A stretch of DNA of 64,000 nucleotides from Octopus vulgaris (GCA_951406725.2 OX597840.1:27032001-27096000); one strand, 5' to 3'; counted from the first letter of the stretch, positions 29,784 to 44,196 are shown. The notes: generated by a model from the letters alone, not told the origin. Numbers and translations are program-made.

Positions 29784-29990
29784 GAAGAAGAAGAAGAAGA
29801 AGAAGAAGAAGAAGAAGAAGAAGAAGAAGAAGAAGAAGAAGAAGAAGAAGAAGAAGAAGAAGAAGAAGAAGAAGAAGAAGGAGGAGGAGAAGAAGAAGGG
29901 GAAGAAGAAGAAGCAGAAGAAGAAGAAAAAGAAGAAGAAGAAGAAGGTGACGGTGGTGGTGGTGGTGGTGGTGGTGGTGGTGATGATGAC
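29784..29990. repeat. (GAA)n then (GGT)n microsatellite
   Basis: Directly visible. Confidence 0.95.
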
Positions 29991-30069
29991 TATATGATGA
30001 AGTTTGAAATCTTTTTCAGAAGTGAGAAATAAACTCAATGTAACTGCAATAAACTATTCTGATATCATT

Positions 30070-30118
<49 letters not shown>

Positions 30119-30321
30119 AGTGCATGTGGATGTGCATATGTGCATGAGAGGGCAAGAGAGCGATGCGTTTTCCTACCTGTCTATGCGTAGTTGCATCACA
30201 GCGTATGCCACTGTATACATGCGGTCGTACGTGCTGCATGTATGCGAGTGTACATCTGTATGGGTTTACGTATGCCTGTGTCAATGTGTAACGTATGTAT
30301 GTATATGTGTATGCATATATG

Positions 30322-30428
<107 letters not shown>

Positions 30429-30543
30429 ATATATATATAGTTGTGTTTATATACAAACACATATACATATACATATATTTATATATATATATATATATAC
30501 GCATATATATATGTCCATACATATGTATATACATACACATATT

Positions 30544-30615
<72 letters not shown>

Positions 30616-30813
30616 CATATATATTATATATATACATGCATATATCTTATATATATATAAATATATATATATATTAGTTTATATATATACATATATATAC
30701 TTAAATTTATATATATAGCTATATATACATTTATATATACATATATATATATACATGATTATATATACTTACATATATGTTTGTGTATATATATATGAAT
30801 ATGCGTTTATACC

Positions 30814-30844
<31 letters not shown>

Positions 30845-30940
30845 ACATGTGATTGTGACTGTACGTGAGTTTGTGTGTATGTGCGTGTGTTTATATGTAC
30901 ATGTGCGAAATGGTGTATGTGTGTGTTTCTGTATGCATGC

Positions 30941-31003
<63 letters not shown>

Positions 31004-31419
31004 TGTGTGTGTATTCCTATGTCACTGAGCATGTGAGTGACATATTCTCGAGCATGTCTCTGTGTATCTAATTGCCTTCCGATTTGAATGCGTGCATCTT
31101 TGGATATATGCCCCGCGCGCGCCTGTATGTGTGTGTACCCGTATATTTTGGATATGTGTGTGCGTACGGGTATGCTAACACCATATTCTCGAGGTTGTAA
31201 TTAAACCTGTTTTTATTTAATTACTGTGAAATCTCTCATGTGGTTTCTCAAGTATCCGTTACTTATTTACATCAGGTTATCACGTATCTAACACCGGCTC
31301 TTTGATTACACCAAACTTTAATGACCAATAAACTTACGTAAAAATAACACGCATGCGCATGCGTGGTGTACACACACACACACATTCATTCATACATAAA
31401 CACACTTATATACACTCAC

Positions 31420-31905
31420 ATGCACACACATACATACACACACACATACATACATACATACATACATACATACATACATACATACATACATACATACATA
31501 CACACATACATACATACATACATACATACATACATACGTACGTACATACATACATACATACATACGTACGTACGTACATACATACATACATACATACATA
31601 CACACATACATACATACATACATACATACACACATACATACATACATACATACATACATACATACATACATACATACACACATACATACATACATACATA
31701 CATACATACATACACACATACATACATACATACATACATACATACATACATACACACATACATACATACATACACACATACATACATACATACATACATA
31801 CATACATACATACATACATACATACATACATACATACTTACATACATACATACATACATACATACGTATATACATTCATACATACATACACACATACATA
31901 CATAC

Positions 31906-31936
<31 letters not shown>

Positions 31937-32411
31937 CATACATACATACATACATACATACACACATACATACATAAATACATACATACATACATACATA
32001 CATACATACATACATACATACATACATACATACATACATACATACATACATACATACACACATACATACATACATACATACATACACACACACATACATA
32101 CATACATACATACATACGTATATACGTATATACATTCATACATACATACATACATACATACGTATATACATACATACATACATACATACACACACACATA
32201 CATACATACATACATACATACATACATACATACATACATACATACATACATACATACATACATACATACATACATACATACGTATATACATTCATACATA
32301 CATACATACATACATACATACATACATACATACGTATATACATTCATACATACATACATACATACATACATACGTATATACATTCATACATACATACATA
32401 CATACATACAT

Positions 32412-32450
<39 letters not shown>

Positions 32451-32452
32451 CA
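31420..32452. repeat. About 1 kb (TACA)n microsatellite
   Basis: Directly visible. Confidence 0.97.
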
Positions 32453-32606
32453 CTTTCGTACACGGACAATAGGCCCATAAGCATGAATATTCTGACTTCT
32501 ACTGCAACCTTCAACATTCAGAAGTGGCTGGCATCTACTTTCACTTTCAAGACTTACACACAGAGACACACACACATACACAGAAAACAATCTCTATATA
32601 TATATG

Positions 32607-32659
<53 letters not shown>

Positions 32660-32664
32660 CTTTT

Positions 32665-32889
32665 TCTTTCTTTTACTTGTTTCAGTCATTTGACTGCGGC
32701 CATGCTGGAGCACCGCCTTTAGTCGAGGAGCAAATCGACCCCGGGACTTATTCTTTTGTAAGCCCAGTACTTATTCTATCGGTCTATTTTGCCGAACCGC
32801 TTAGTAACGGGGACGTAAACACACCAGCATCGGTTGTCAAGCAATGCTAGGGGGACAAACACAGACACACAAACATATACACACACACT

Positions 32890-32923
<34 letters not shown>

Positions 32924-33088
32924 TACGACAGGCTTCTTTCAGTTTCCGTCTACCAAATCCACTCACAAGGCATTGGTCGGCCCGGGGCTATAGCAGAAGA
33001 CACTTGCCCAAGGTGCCACGCAGTGGGACTGAACCTGGAACCATGTGGTTGGTTAGCAAGCTACTTACCACACAGCCACTCCTGCGCC
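32665..33088 (-). mobile_element. Family B SINE, full length
   Basis: Reverse-complement match from head (cctgcgcc) to tail. Confidence 0.93.
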
Positions 33089-33129
33089 TCAAGATAGAAA
33101 ATGCTAAAATAATTTTATAAAGAACATTT

Positions 33130-33166
33130 CAGTACCGGTTTCAGTCATTTGAGACCTTTTCAATTG
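33130..33166 (-). ncRNA. Hammerhead-like motif with U3-A8 core, in a cassette spanning about 33090-33268
   Basis: caa-TTGAAAA-ggtc(tcaaat)gact-GAAA-ccgg-TA-ctg. Confidence 0.55.
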
Positions 33167-33376
33167 TAACAATTAAATAATTAAATTTAGAAAAATTAAA
33201 AGAAAAGTTTATTTAAAGGAATATTTGTATAGTGTTCAAATATAAGTGGCATTTTCCTTGTTTCTGCCTTTCTCTGTCTCTCTTGTTTACACTTGTGGGT
33301 TCGATATATATATACATGTATATAAATATAAATGCATACATATGTAACATATATATAAATATATATAAATATATAT

Positions 33377-33422
<46 letters not shown>

Positions 33423-33655
33423 CATATGTAATATTGCATATATTACATATATATATATATATATATATATATACATTATTATAATTAAGGGTTAATTGCA
33501 ACAAGTTGCTCAAAACCACATATCGAAAATATTAGAAATAGCAGCTAAATTGATCACTATTTCTCCTACTAATAAAAAGTCTCCACAAACAAACATAATT
33601 TGTAACCTGTATATGGCAAAAAATATATATATATACATGTATATAAATATATATG

Positions 33656-33736
<81 letters not shown>

Positions 33737-35132
33737 GAGGAAACGACCCCCGTCCAATGACCGGTGCTGAGTTGTCAAACATTTAAACCAAGGTGTCACA
33801 CTCGGCAGGTGCCCTACTGAGCAGCAGATTGGGCCCAGTCATAATCCAGCAACTTCACGCCATACTACAACACACAGGTGGAGTAAACACGAAAACATGA
33901 TGGTTACGGAGTGTCACTACCGGAGCACCCCAGTAGATGCGAATGGCGTGCCTATCAGAGGGTAGAGAAAATGAATGCAGAGTGAATTAAAGGCAATGGA
34001 ATTGTTCGAAATTTCTGAACAGAGATTATGTGACCAAGCAAGAGTAATACGAAAGAATGGATGGTTAACAGAATTGGAGTTAGAAGCTGTTAAAAGAAGG
34101 ACACCGAGTGAGGTTGGGTATGCGAGAAATGAAGGTGTTATAGTGGAAGAGATGGACATTTGTTCGCAAGAATATAATACCGTGGATTGTGAAAGAATTG
34201 AGATCGGTGACTACTCAAACAGTGAAGCTCGAATAATAATAGTCAGGATTCTGGATCTATGAGATACAGAAAGGACAGAATTTATGTGCGACTTTAAGAA
34301 GGTTAACCAATGGAGACTAAATCAAGAGAAGAATAAAGTCAGTATTGTTCTGAGACACATTGAAACAAAGAACATCACACAAACATATAATCGTATCAAG
34401 GCTGCTGGTAGGATTGTGGTGGAAAGGATGGGATTGAGAACTACTGAGAATGGAACAGCGACGGATAGAAGAGGAAATAAACAACCGTGATGGTAAAGGA
34501 GAATTTCTGAAGATTTAAACTCTTTGAAAAGTGTAGTGTCAATACTTGTCAGGAAAAAAAATAGAGGACTTAAGAATGAAACGGAAAAGTTAGGAAGAAG
34601 TATGGTGTAAATACAAAAGGCCTGAATGTTGTAATTGAAGAACTGGAGTTGTGCATACATGCAAAAAAAAAAAATAATGAAGCAAAGCTAAATAAGTTTG
34701 AACAACGGATTAAACAACACAGGAAAAACAAATTGTTTAGAACCGAATAAAAAAGATTTTATCAAGAGATTAATAACTATGAAAAACATAAAAGATTAGT
34801 CTCTGATGCCGATGAAATAATACTACAGCTGAATGGCCCTGCAGCCTGAAGCAAACGGCTTCTTATCCCAGGCAAGAGGTGATCCACTTCATAGAAGACA
34901 GTATCAGAAATATGAGTAAAAAGATAAGCAATTGGAAAGCAGCAGGGATTGGTGGTGTACAGGGATTTTGGATTTAAAAAAGTTCAGTATTTACCATAAA
35001 TTGATCGCGGAGCACTTAATGCATTGATCAATGGATGAAAAAGAAATCCCGGGCTGGTCGACCAAAGGACGAATGGTGTTGTGCCTGAAGGATGCATCAA
35101 AGGGAAATGTTGCTGACAATTGCAGACCAATA

Positions 35133-35292
35133 TCTATTTCTTTACTACCCACAAAGGGCTAAACACAGAGAAGACAAACATACGGATTAAGTCGATTATA
35201 TCGACCCCAGTGCGTAACTGGTACTTAATTTATCGACCCCGAAAGGATGAAAGGCAAAGTCGACCTCGGTGGAATTTGAACTCAGAACGTAA
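35133..35292 (-). mobile_element. Family A SINE (5'-truncated) inserted in the LINE RT
   Basis: Splits NCRPIS from LLMLKLLSG. Confidence 0.9.
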
Positions 35293-35637
35293 CGCCTGTT
35301 AATGCTGAAGTTACTGTCAGGAGGAATTGCAGAAGAACTGTATAAATTTCTTGATGAGAACGATATATTACTGCCGGAACAAAAAGGACGTAGAAGGAGA
35401 TGTAGAGGAACCAAAGATCAACTATTGATAGACAAAATGGCGAATTAAGTACCAGTTGCGCACTGGGGTCGATGTGATCGACTTAATCCCTTTGTCTGTC
35501 CTTGTTTGTCCCCTCTGTGTTTAGCCCCCTGTTGGCAATAAAGAAATAAAAAGCTGAAAGAGGACCGTCGTGTGTGTGTGCATGTGTGTGTGAGTGTGTG
35601 AGTGTGTGTGTGTTTGTGTGTGAGTGTGTGTGTGTGT

Positions 35638-35670
<33 letters not shown>

Positions 35671-35799
35671 TCATCAGCCTTTCTTATTTGAATACCTGGT
35701 CACATGCAGAATTTCATTAATAACCAGGAGGTTCTTTTGTTGTTGTTTTTCCTTTTGCCGTGGAACTCTGGAATTCTTCTTTAATTCTACACACGGAAC

Positions 35800-36248
35800 T
35801 CTCTTTTTACTCTTTTACTTGTTTCAGTCATTTGACTGCGGCCATGCTGGAGCACCGCCTTTAGTCGAGCAAATCGACCGCGGGACTTATTCTTTTGTAA
35901 GCCCAGTACTTATTCTATCGGTCTCTTTTGCCGAACCGCTAAGTGATGGGGACATAAACAAACCAGTATCGGTTGTCAGGCAATGCTAGGGGGACAAACA
36001 CAGACACACAAACACACACACAAACACACACGCGCATATATATGTATACATATATACGACGGGCTTCTTTCGGTTTCCGTCTACCAAATCCACTCACAAG
36101 GCTTTGGTCGGCCCGAGGCTATAGCAGAAGACACTTGCCCAAGGTGCCACGCAGTGAGACTGAACCCGGAACCATGTGGTTGGTAAGCAAGCTACTTGCC
36201 ACACAGCCACTATATATGTAAACATACATACATATATACATTTATATT

Positions 36249-36290
<42 letters not shown>

Positions 36291-36485
36291 TATACATATA
36301 TATACGATGGGCTTCTTACAGTTTCCGTCTACCAAACCCACTCACAAGGCTTTGGTTGGCCCGAGGCTATAGTAGAAGACACTTGCCCAAGGTGCCACGC
36401 AGTGGGACTGAACCCGGAACCATGTGGTTGGTAAGCAAGCTACATACCACACAGCCACTCCTACGCCTACACAGCCACTCCTACG
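35800..36485 (-). mobile_element. Family B SINE plus duplicated 5' half, inside the LINE
   Basis: 35800-36210 near full length; 36303-36485 head repeat. Confidence 0.9.
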
Positions 36486-36906
36486 GAAGTTGATAGAAAT
36501 TATGGAATTTGTCAAAGATACTCATTATCTCCTTTGTTATTCTTTCTAACATTGTCTCTCCCCAGTAAACTCCAGAATGTAACAAATTATGGACACAGTA
36601 TATATGGAAAAGAAAGACATCAATCATCTCCATATATGGATAACATGGAACTGCTTGCGAAAATGGCCAGCAATTGCAAGAACTACAAGCAGCCAAACAA
36701 TTTACTGATGACATTAAAATGGAATTTGGGTTTGACAAATGCGCTAAGTTTACATTTGCCAAACGAAAATTATCATTGCATGCAACATCTTCCAGATAGA
36801 GATGCTGAAATAAACGGATTAGAATTTGAAGGCGGCGGTTATAAGTATGTAGGAGTCTGGAAAAGAGATGGAATTAAGCACTCGCTAATGAGAAAATTCC
36901 CCCTCC

Positions 36907-37384
36907 AAAGCCCAACCGTTCTCCTCACCGTGGTGCTGGAGGTGGCAACGGCATATGGTAAGTATGCTGGCCAAACGGCTCTGGCCTGGGGAAAGACCCG
37001 GCCACCTACCCCAGTATCCTGGCCAATATACTCTATGGATCAAACACAACAATACTACCATGCGATGACGAGGGTTCCAGTTGATCCGATCAACGGAACA
37101 GCCTGCTCGTGAAATTAACGTGCAAGTGGCTGAGTACTCCACAGACACACGTAACCCATAACGGGGAGATTCAGCGTGACACAGAGTGTGACAAGGCTGG
37201 CCCCTTTGAAATACAGGCACAACAGGAACAGGAAGATAGAGCGGGAGAAAGCCCAACCGTTCTCCTCACCGTGGTGCTGGGGGTGGCAACGGCATATGGT
37301 AAGTATGCTGGCTACACGGCTCTGGCCTGGGGAAAGACCTGGCCACCTACCGCAGTATCCTGGCCAATATACTCTATGGATCAA
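36907..37384 (+). repeat. 137-bp direct repeat flanking a family C fragment
   Basis: aaagcccaaccgttctcc...ctctatggatcaaa at 36907-37043 and 37248-37384. Confidence 0.9.
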
Positions 37385-37544
37385 AAGTGTAAGAATTCTA
37401 CACCATAAAGACTGGGGGACACTGATCCATCGAGTAACCGAGATTCGACTCGACTGAGCGGATAGAAGAAGTAGAAGAATGAGAATATAGATCGGAATAC
37501 GCTTATAAGATCACTTTAATAATTCTGTCTTTCCTGCTCAGTTC

Positions 37545-37892
37545 ACACTAATTCGCTACACCATAGAACACAAACCTAATAACAATATCTCTCTTAGTCA
37601 GTCCTAAGTACATTTACAGCTATCTCACAACATTACTACAACACAAGCATAACAACACTATCTCCCCACGCTGTCCAGCCACATCTAAAACACTACAACA
37701 CCATGCTTACAAAACTATCTCCCATACAGTCCACAAACATCTAGGGCACCTCACAACATTACTATAACATTATACTAATAACACTATCTCCCACACAGTC
37801 TAAAAACATCTAGGACACCTCACAACACCACTCTAACAACACTATCTCCACCACACAGTCCACAACCATCTAGGACACCTCACAACACTTCT
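37545..37892 (+). repeat. Degenerate 55-70-bp C/A-rich minisatellite
   Basis: cacctcacaacac...aacactatctcccacacagtccacaaacatctag repeated about 5 times. Confidence 0.8.
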
Positions 37893-38262
37893 ACCATGCG
37901 ACGACGAGTGTTCCAGTTGATCCGATCAAAGGAACAGCCTGCTCGTGAAATTAACGTGCAAGTGGCTGAGTACTCCACAGACACACGTAACCCTTAACGT
38001 AGTTCTCGGGGAGATTCAGCGTGGCACAGAGTGTGACAAGGCTGGCCCTTTGAAATACAGGTACAACAGGAACAGGAAGAAAGAGTGAGAGAAATTTGTG
38101 GTGAAAGTACAGTAGGGTTCCCCACCAGCCCGTACCGGAGCCTCGTGGAGCTTCAGGCGTTTTCGTTCAATAAACACTTACAAAGCCTGATCTAGGAATC
38201 GAAACCGCGATCTTACGACCGCCAGTCCGCTGCCCTAACCACAGGGCCATTGAGCTTCCATA
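37893..38262 (-). mobile_element. Family C tRNA-headed SINE
   Basis: Minus head tggaagctcaatggccctgtggttaggg...ggtttcgattcc; matches 54438-54793. Confidence 0.9.
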
Positions 38263-38660
38263 CTTTTATATTATTGCAAAATTATAGATTTAAAGGATGC
38301 GGGGTTAACTCAGGAAGTAAAGAGACGAAAAAAATACTGCTAAGCTTATTTTCCCCAACGTTCTAAAATGTCTGCCAACTCAAAAGTAATGTCCAAGAGC
38401 TGGTGGCGGAGTGGTCTGATGTTTATCAAGCCTTCACGCTCTCCACTTGACCAGCTGTGCTTCCTCAATATGGCAAACTTGAGAAGTCCTGAATCAAAGC
38501 GAATTAGATTTTCGTCAGTGGTTTCTGAAAATTTGTTTAATTTAGTAATGGTGACTAATTAAAACGTAATGGTGAAATGTTTGTACTGGATATAGAGCAT
38601 TGCCAGTAGCAACTAACAAACATCTGATGGAAGAGTGTGTATATATGTATGTGTGTGTGT

Positions 38661-38702
<42 letters not shown>

Positions 38703-39000
38703 ATGTATAGGTGCGTGTGTGTGTGTGGAAATATGTATATAAATATATTTTAGTATGTACGTATCTGGCTATCCCTACGTTCATGAATATTCATAAATAG
38801 CTGCATGTATCTATGTACAAACGTAGATATATGAGTGTGTGTATGTGTAATTGTGTGTGGTTGTGTGTGTTTGTATGTGTGTGTGTGTATGCATCATATA
38901 AGCCAGTGCTTATAATTAGAGTTACAACGACAAGGATTTAAAAGCACAACATACTATAAACACAAGGTTTGACAAATATTGATATATAATTTATCCATAC

Positions 39001-39049
<49 letters not shown>

Positions 39050-39052
<3 letters not shown>

Positions 39053-39075
39053 ATTGATTGATTGATAGCTCGGTG

Positions 39076-39162
<87 letters not shown>
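39050..39162. repeat. (GATT)/(GATA)n microsatellite
   Basis: Directly visible. Confidence 0.95.
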
Positions 39163-39163
<1 letters not shown>

Positions 39164-39818
39164 TAATTCATATTCACACATGTAACACGTTATTAAATTT
39201 GTTTGAACAAATATGGCAACGAACATGAATGTGTGTGTGCGTGTATATGTGTGTACGTGTGTATGTGCATGTATGTAGGTGGTGTGTTAGTATCTGTGTA
39301 CGTATATGTGTGTTTGTGTGTTTGCGTGTTTATTTATCTCACTTTAACCCATTTCAGCAAACGCCATATTTGTGTATACATTTATATATGATTTTGCGTC
39401 TGTATGTGTGTATGATTATCAATATGTGAGTGTATGTGTGCGCACTGTTATTCATTCTGCTGAAGCCATCACGGCTAAGTCCATACAATATTAAATTGAA
39501 ACAATACATCTGCCAAGGTTTATGAATACAAACTGTCTGTAACACCTGTCTGCTCCTTTAGGTGAGTAGACATATTTCCTGTAGATAATAAGGTAGGCGT
39601 ATGTCTAACAGCAATGGATTCTTAATTGCTCAGTCATATTGGATTGACAGAGAGCGCATTTAAATGTCTTCCTCGGAAAGAAACATGTAAATTATTCCGT
39701 TGTAACAAAGAGCGTGGAATGGTTTGATGCAAATGTATAGTTTGTGGCTAGATCTGCCAACACTAATATTGCATGTTATTGTGAGAAAAACTACTGCTAA
39801 CTAGCAAAGGCTTCAGTA

Positions 39819-40201
39819 TCTCTCTCTATATAAACGGCAGTTTGTCTGTCTGCGTGTCTGTGTGTCTGTTAGGTTGTACCCTCACCCTGACCACGGCTTT
39901 CAACCGATTCTGATGAAACTTGACACACTCATAGCCCAATGTCATAATTCAAAACTAACGCAGCGAAAATTTTGAAAAGTTCCCCCAGTTCTGAAAAAAA
40001 TCGATAAATTCAACATGGGGTCGAGAATCAGAAACACAAACCACAGACTGTCTATGGGATGCAACTCGACCTTTTTAACTCTCAAAAAAATTTACCATCA
40101 TTTTTTTCCCATTTTTTTGCTATTTTTTGGCTATAACTCTCTAAAAATGCTTTATAGTTATTTCCCTTACAAACCCGAGCAACGCCGGGCGATACTGCTA
40201 G
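39819..40201 (+). mobile_element. Non-autonomous Helitron
   Basis: a^TC start; cccgagcaacgccggg hairpin about 12 nt before CTAG^t; no TSD. Confidence 0.85.
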
Positions 40202-40393
40202 TATATTAATAAAACGGAATCCTAAACGAATTATCTTTCCAGACACGTTGACAAAAGCCTAGAATAACTTTACAAGATCGCTTTAATAATTGTATCTTCT
40301 CATAAGCATTGAACCAGAGGTCCCCAGCGTGTTGTTTTCGTAAAATGGAGTTAAACTCTATTCAAGCTATTTTTTACCTTTTAAAATATGAAG

Positions 40394-40630
40394 AATACCT
40401 ATTTCTTTATTACCCACAAGGGGCTAAACACAGAGGGGACAAACAAGGACAGACATAGGTATTAAGTCGATTACATCGACCCCAGTGCGTAACTGGTACT
40501 TAATTTATCGACCCCGAAAGGATGAAAGGCAAAGTCGACCTCGGCGGAATTTGAACTCACAACGTAACGCAGACGAAATACCGCTAAGCATTTCGCCCGG
40601 CGTGCTAACGTTTCTGCCAGCTCACCGCCT
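40394..40630 (-). mobile_element. Family A SINE, full length
   Basis: Reverse-complement match from head to tail. Confidence 0.93.
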
Positions 40631-40739
40631 TATATGAAGAATACCACTTGGATAATAACATTAGTTCTTGTTATCGTTTCTGTAGCTTGTGATACTATGC
40701 CCGACCCTCGCCCTTTTACAAGACCCCCAAAATGCGATT

Positions 40740-40915
40740 TTACAAAAAGCAACATACTTAATACCTTCCTCTATGGATCCAAATGTTGGAAAACAACCAA
40801 AAGTATTGGAAGGAAATTGGAGGTGTTTCAAAATAAATGTTTACGAAATATTTTGAAGGTCTACTGGCCGAATATGATCTCGACTAGCCAAGTATACACC
40901 AAGGCTAAAATAAAA
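40740..40915 (+). mobile_element. RTE-clade LINE fragment
   Basis: SNILNTFLYGSKCWKTTKSIGRKLEVFQNKCLRNILKVYWPNMIS (LLYGSExW...FxxKCLRxIL motif). Confidence 0.8.
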
Positions 40916-41025
40916 CTACTAAGGATGAAATGCAAAGTCGACCATGAACGTAGAACATAAAACCAGATGAGAAGACTCTAAGCATTTCGGCCGGCGTGCT
41001 AGCGATTCTGCCAGCTCGCAGCCTC

Positions 41026-41052
41026 GATGGAAACTGAAAGAAGCCCGTCGTA

Positions 41053-41120
<68 letters not shown>

Positions 41121-41340
41121 TGTATGTATGTGTGTCTGTGTTTGTCCCGCTAGCATTGCTTGACAACCGATGCTGGTGTGTTTATGTCCCCGTTACTTAG
41201 CGGTTTCGGCAAAAGAGACCGATAGAATAAGTACTGGGCTTACAAAAGAATAAGTCCCGGGGTCGAGTTGCTCGATTAAGGGCGATGCTCCAGCATGGCC
41301 GCAGTCAAATGACTGAAACAAGTGAAAAGAGTAAAAAGAG
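41026..41340 (+). mobile_element. Family B SINE, 5'-truncated
   Basis: ggaaactgaaagaagcccgtcg through tail. Confidence 0.9.
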
Positions 41341-41359
41341 TATATATATATATATATAC

Positions 41360-41530
41360 TCCCTGGATGAGACGCCAGTCCTTCACAGGATTGCTCGTTT
41401 TCACCAACTGGGGCAAGGTGAATTGAAGTGTGTTACTCAAGAAAAAACGCATCACTCTGACTAAGAATCGAAACCACACTTTTATGATCATCAAGGCAAT
41501 ACTTTTAACCATTAGCCCACACACCTCCGT
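41360..41530 (-). mobile_element. Degenerate family D SINE
   Basis: Reverse complement similar to 57353-57590 (gactggcgtctcatccaggg). Confidence 0.6.
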
Positions 41531-41576
41531 GCACACACGGGCACACGCGCAATCACACATGCCTGCGCACACACAT

Positions 41577-42355
41577 GTGGTGGAAGCACTCCGTCGGTTA
41601 CGACGACGAGGGTTCCGGTTGATCCGAATCAACGGAACAGCCTGCTCGTGAAATTAACGTGTAAGTGGCTGAGCACTCCACAGACACGTGTACCCTTAAC
41701 GTAGTTCTCGGGGATATTCAGCGTGACACAGAGAGTGACAAGGCCAGCCCTTTGAAATGGAAGCACTCCGTCGGTTACGACGAGGAGTGTTCCGGTTGAT
41801 CCGAATCAACGGAACAGCCTGCTCGTGAAATTAACGTGTAAGTGGCTGAGCACTCCACAGACACGTGCACCCTTAACGTAGTTCTCGGGGATATTCAGCG
41901 TGACACAGAGAGTGACAAGGCCGGCCCTTTGAAATGGAAGCACTCCGTCGGTTGCGACGACGAGGGTTCCGGTTGATCCGAATCAACGGAACAGCCTGCT
42001 CGTGAAATTAACGTGCAAGTGGCTGATTACTCCACAGACACACGTAACCCTTAACGTAGTTCTCGGGGATATTCAGCGTGACAGAGTGACAAGGCCGGCC
42101 CTTTGAAATACAGGTACAACAGAAACAGGAAGTAAGAGTGAGAGAAAGTTGTGGTGAAAGAGTACAGCAGGGATCACCACCATCCCCTGCCGGAGCCTCG
42201 TGGAGCTTTAGGTGTTTTCGCTCAATAAACACTCACAACGCCCGGTCTGGGAATCGAAACCACGATCCTATGACCGCGAGTCCGGTGCCCTAACCACTGG
42301 GCCATTGCGCCTCCACAGGTGAAAGAGTACAGCAGGGATCACCACCATCCCCTGT
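41577..42355 (-). mobile_element. Family C SINE with triplicated about 179-bp 3' tail
   Basis: tggaagcactccgtcggtt...gccctttgaaa three times; head at about 42316. Confidence 0.92.
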
Positions 42356-42552
42356 CGGATACACACATGTATATGTGCATGTATCTAGGTAGGTATATTT
42401 CTTCACATGCTTCTGACTGAAATTTCCCATTGGCGGAGCTTCGGTAAAAAAAGGTCCAATTAAATGTTTCGCCAAAATTTCGTTCCTCAGTACTTCCTGA
42501 AATTACTTTTTGTCCCCTTTCTTCTCCCTTGACGGTATCCCTTTTCAATTAA

Positions 42553-42790
42553 AGGCGGCGAGCTGGCAGAATCGTTAGCACGTCGGGCGAAATTCTTAGC
42601 AGTATTTCGTCTGCCGTTACATTGTGAGTTCAAATTCCGCCGAGGTCGACTTTGCCTTTCATCCTTTCGGGGTCGATAAATTAAGTACCAGTTAAGCACT
42701 GGGGTCGATATAATCGACTTAATACCTATGTCTGTCCTTGTTTGTCCCCTCTATGTTCAGCCCCTTGTGGGTAATAAAGAAATAGGTATC
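42553..42790 (+). mobile_element. Family A SINE, full length
   Basis: ggcggcgagctggcagaatcg to aaagaaataggtat. Confidence 0.93.
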
Positions 42791-43454
42791 CCTTTTTATT
42801 TATTCGCACCTATACTGCTATTATTTAAATCCATTTCCCACAAAATCTCACCTTTTTTTTTCTTACCTTTTTCTCCTCCCATTTGTTAAACTGTTTGAGA
42901 AAAACACCAAACGGTATTTTGACATGATGATGCTATAATTGAGCCGTCAATCCCTCCAAGGCAATCACAGGTAAGAGAAACAATGACAAACAACTCATTG
43001 CTATCCACTTCTCAGAAACGATATATCAGCGTGGCTTCCTAATTGGCTATCCAATTTCGTATTTCGAAGATCTCGTGCGTTCTACGTGCTACAATAAATT
43101 CTTCTGCAAACATCAGATTCCATCGCACATTTCCCGTAAAAGATATACTACTTTGCACGTTGAAGGAACTTTATTCTAGCTTACGGCCGTGATCTTTGAC
43201 GTTTCTGAAACGGTAAGTGCTTCTCGACGTGTGATTGATGGTGTAATCACTGGCAAAGGTATCGCTGAACTTCGCACCTTTCTCGGAGATTCCGTTGGAA
43301 AATCTATTGAAGAATGAATGCGATGAGGAACTTGGAACTCTTTATTTCAGTTACTAAGAAACTCAAAATTAATTTGAGCAATAATAAATGGATTTATTTT
43401 TATCTCCGCAAATCATTAATTTCTTATCAAGAATGCAAAGAGAAAAGCAATTCG

Positions 43455-43590
43455 CAGGCGTAGCTGTGTGGTAAGAGGTTTCCTTTCCAAAAACATGGTT
43501 GCGGGTTCAGTCCAACTGCGTAGCACGTTGGTCAGGTGTCTTTTACTATAGCCTCGGGCCGACCAAAGCGTTGTGAGTGGATTTGGCCGA
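43455..43590 (+). mobile_element. Family B SINE 5' fragment
   Basis: gcaggcgtagctgtgtggtaag...gtgagtggatttgg. Confidence 0.8.
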
Positions 43591-43867
43591 CCGTGCTTAA
43601 AGATTCTTTATTTTTGTATTAAGGCCACCATTAGTTTCATGTTAAGAAATATCTCGACAGATATTCAAGCCAATTACGCAGAAAATTGCTATTCGTTTCT
43701 GCTTTGAATTAAGACACAGAATGTCACAAGAGATCTCTCGAGAATTTTCGGTAGACAAAAAGTAAGGCATCAAAGAGGACAACACATTGGAACGGTTTTT
43801 GATGATTATCTCCCTTGTATCTCATCTTTCTGAGCGAAGGCTGAAATATCAATGATTTTCCTACGCA

Positions 43868-43908
<41 letters not shown>

Positions 43909-44016
43909 GGGAGAATTCACGAAAAAACAAAAGACGAAGGCAGGTGGTGTAGAAAACAAACAGATGTCTTAGTATTACGCTCGGGAATTGAAAAAGTATT
44001 TTATGTTTCGATAAAC

Positions 44017-44097
<81 letters not shown>

Positions 44098-44196
44098 TAA
44101 TCCAAACAAGAAAACACAAAAAAAAAACACAACAACGCGAGGACGTGGAACAAATATAGTATTATTGGACGCTCAGGAATGAAGGGAAGAAGGAGG

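Larger units (their letters stand above)
33790..36890 (+). mobile_element. Fragmented R4/Dong-like non-LTR retrotransposon (RT pseudogene) interrupted by SINEs
   Basis: Collinear motifs [44 protein letters not shown]...[45 protein letters not shown]; many stops and frameshifts. Confidence 0.85.

Noticed and set aside
31353-32480. 375-aa HTYI-repeat ORF
   Set aside because: (TACA)n has no stop codon in these frames; no coding signal
40634-40960. 108-aa ORF with a signal-peptide-like N-terminus
   Set aside because: Most of it is an RTE LINE fragment running into a SINE; the hydrophobic start is likely chance
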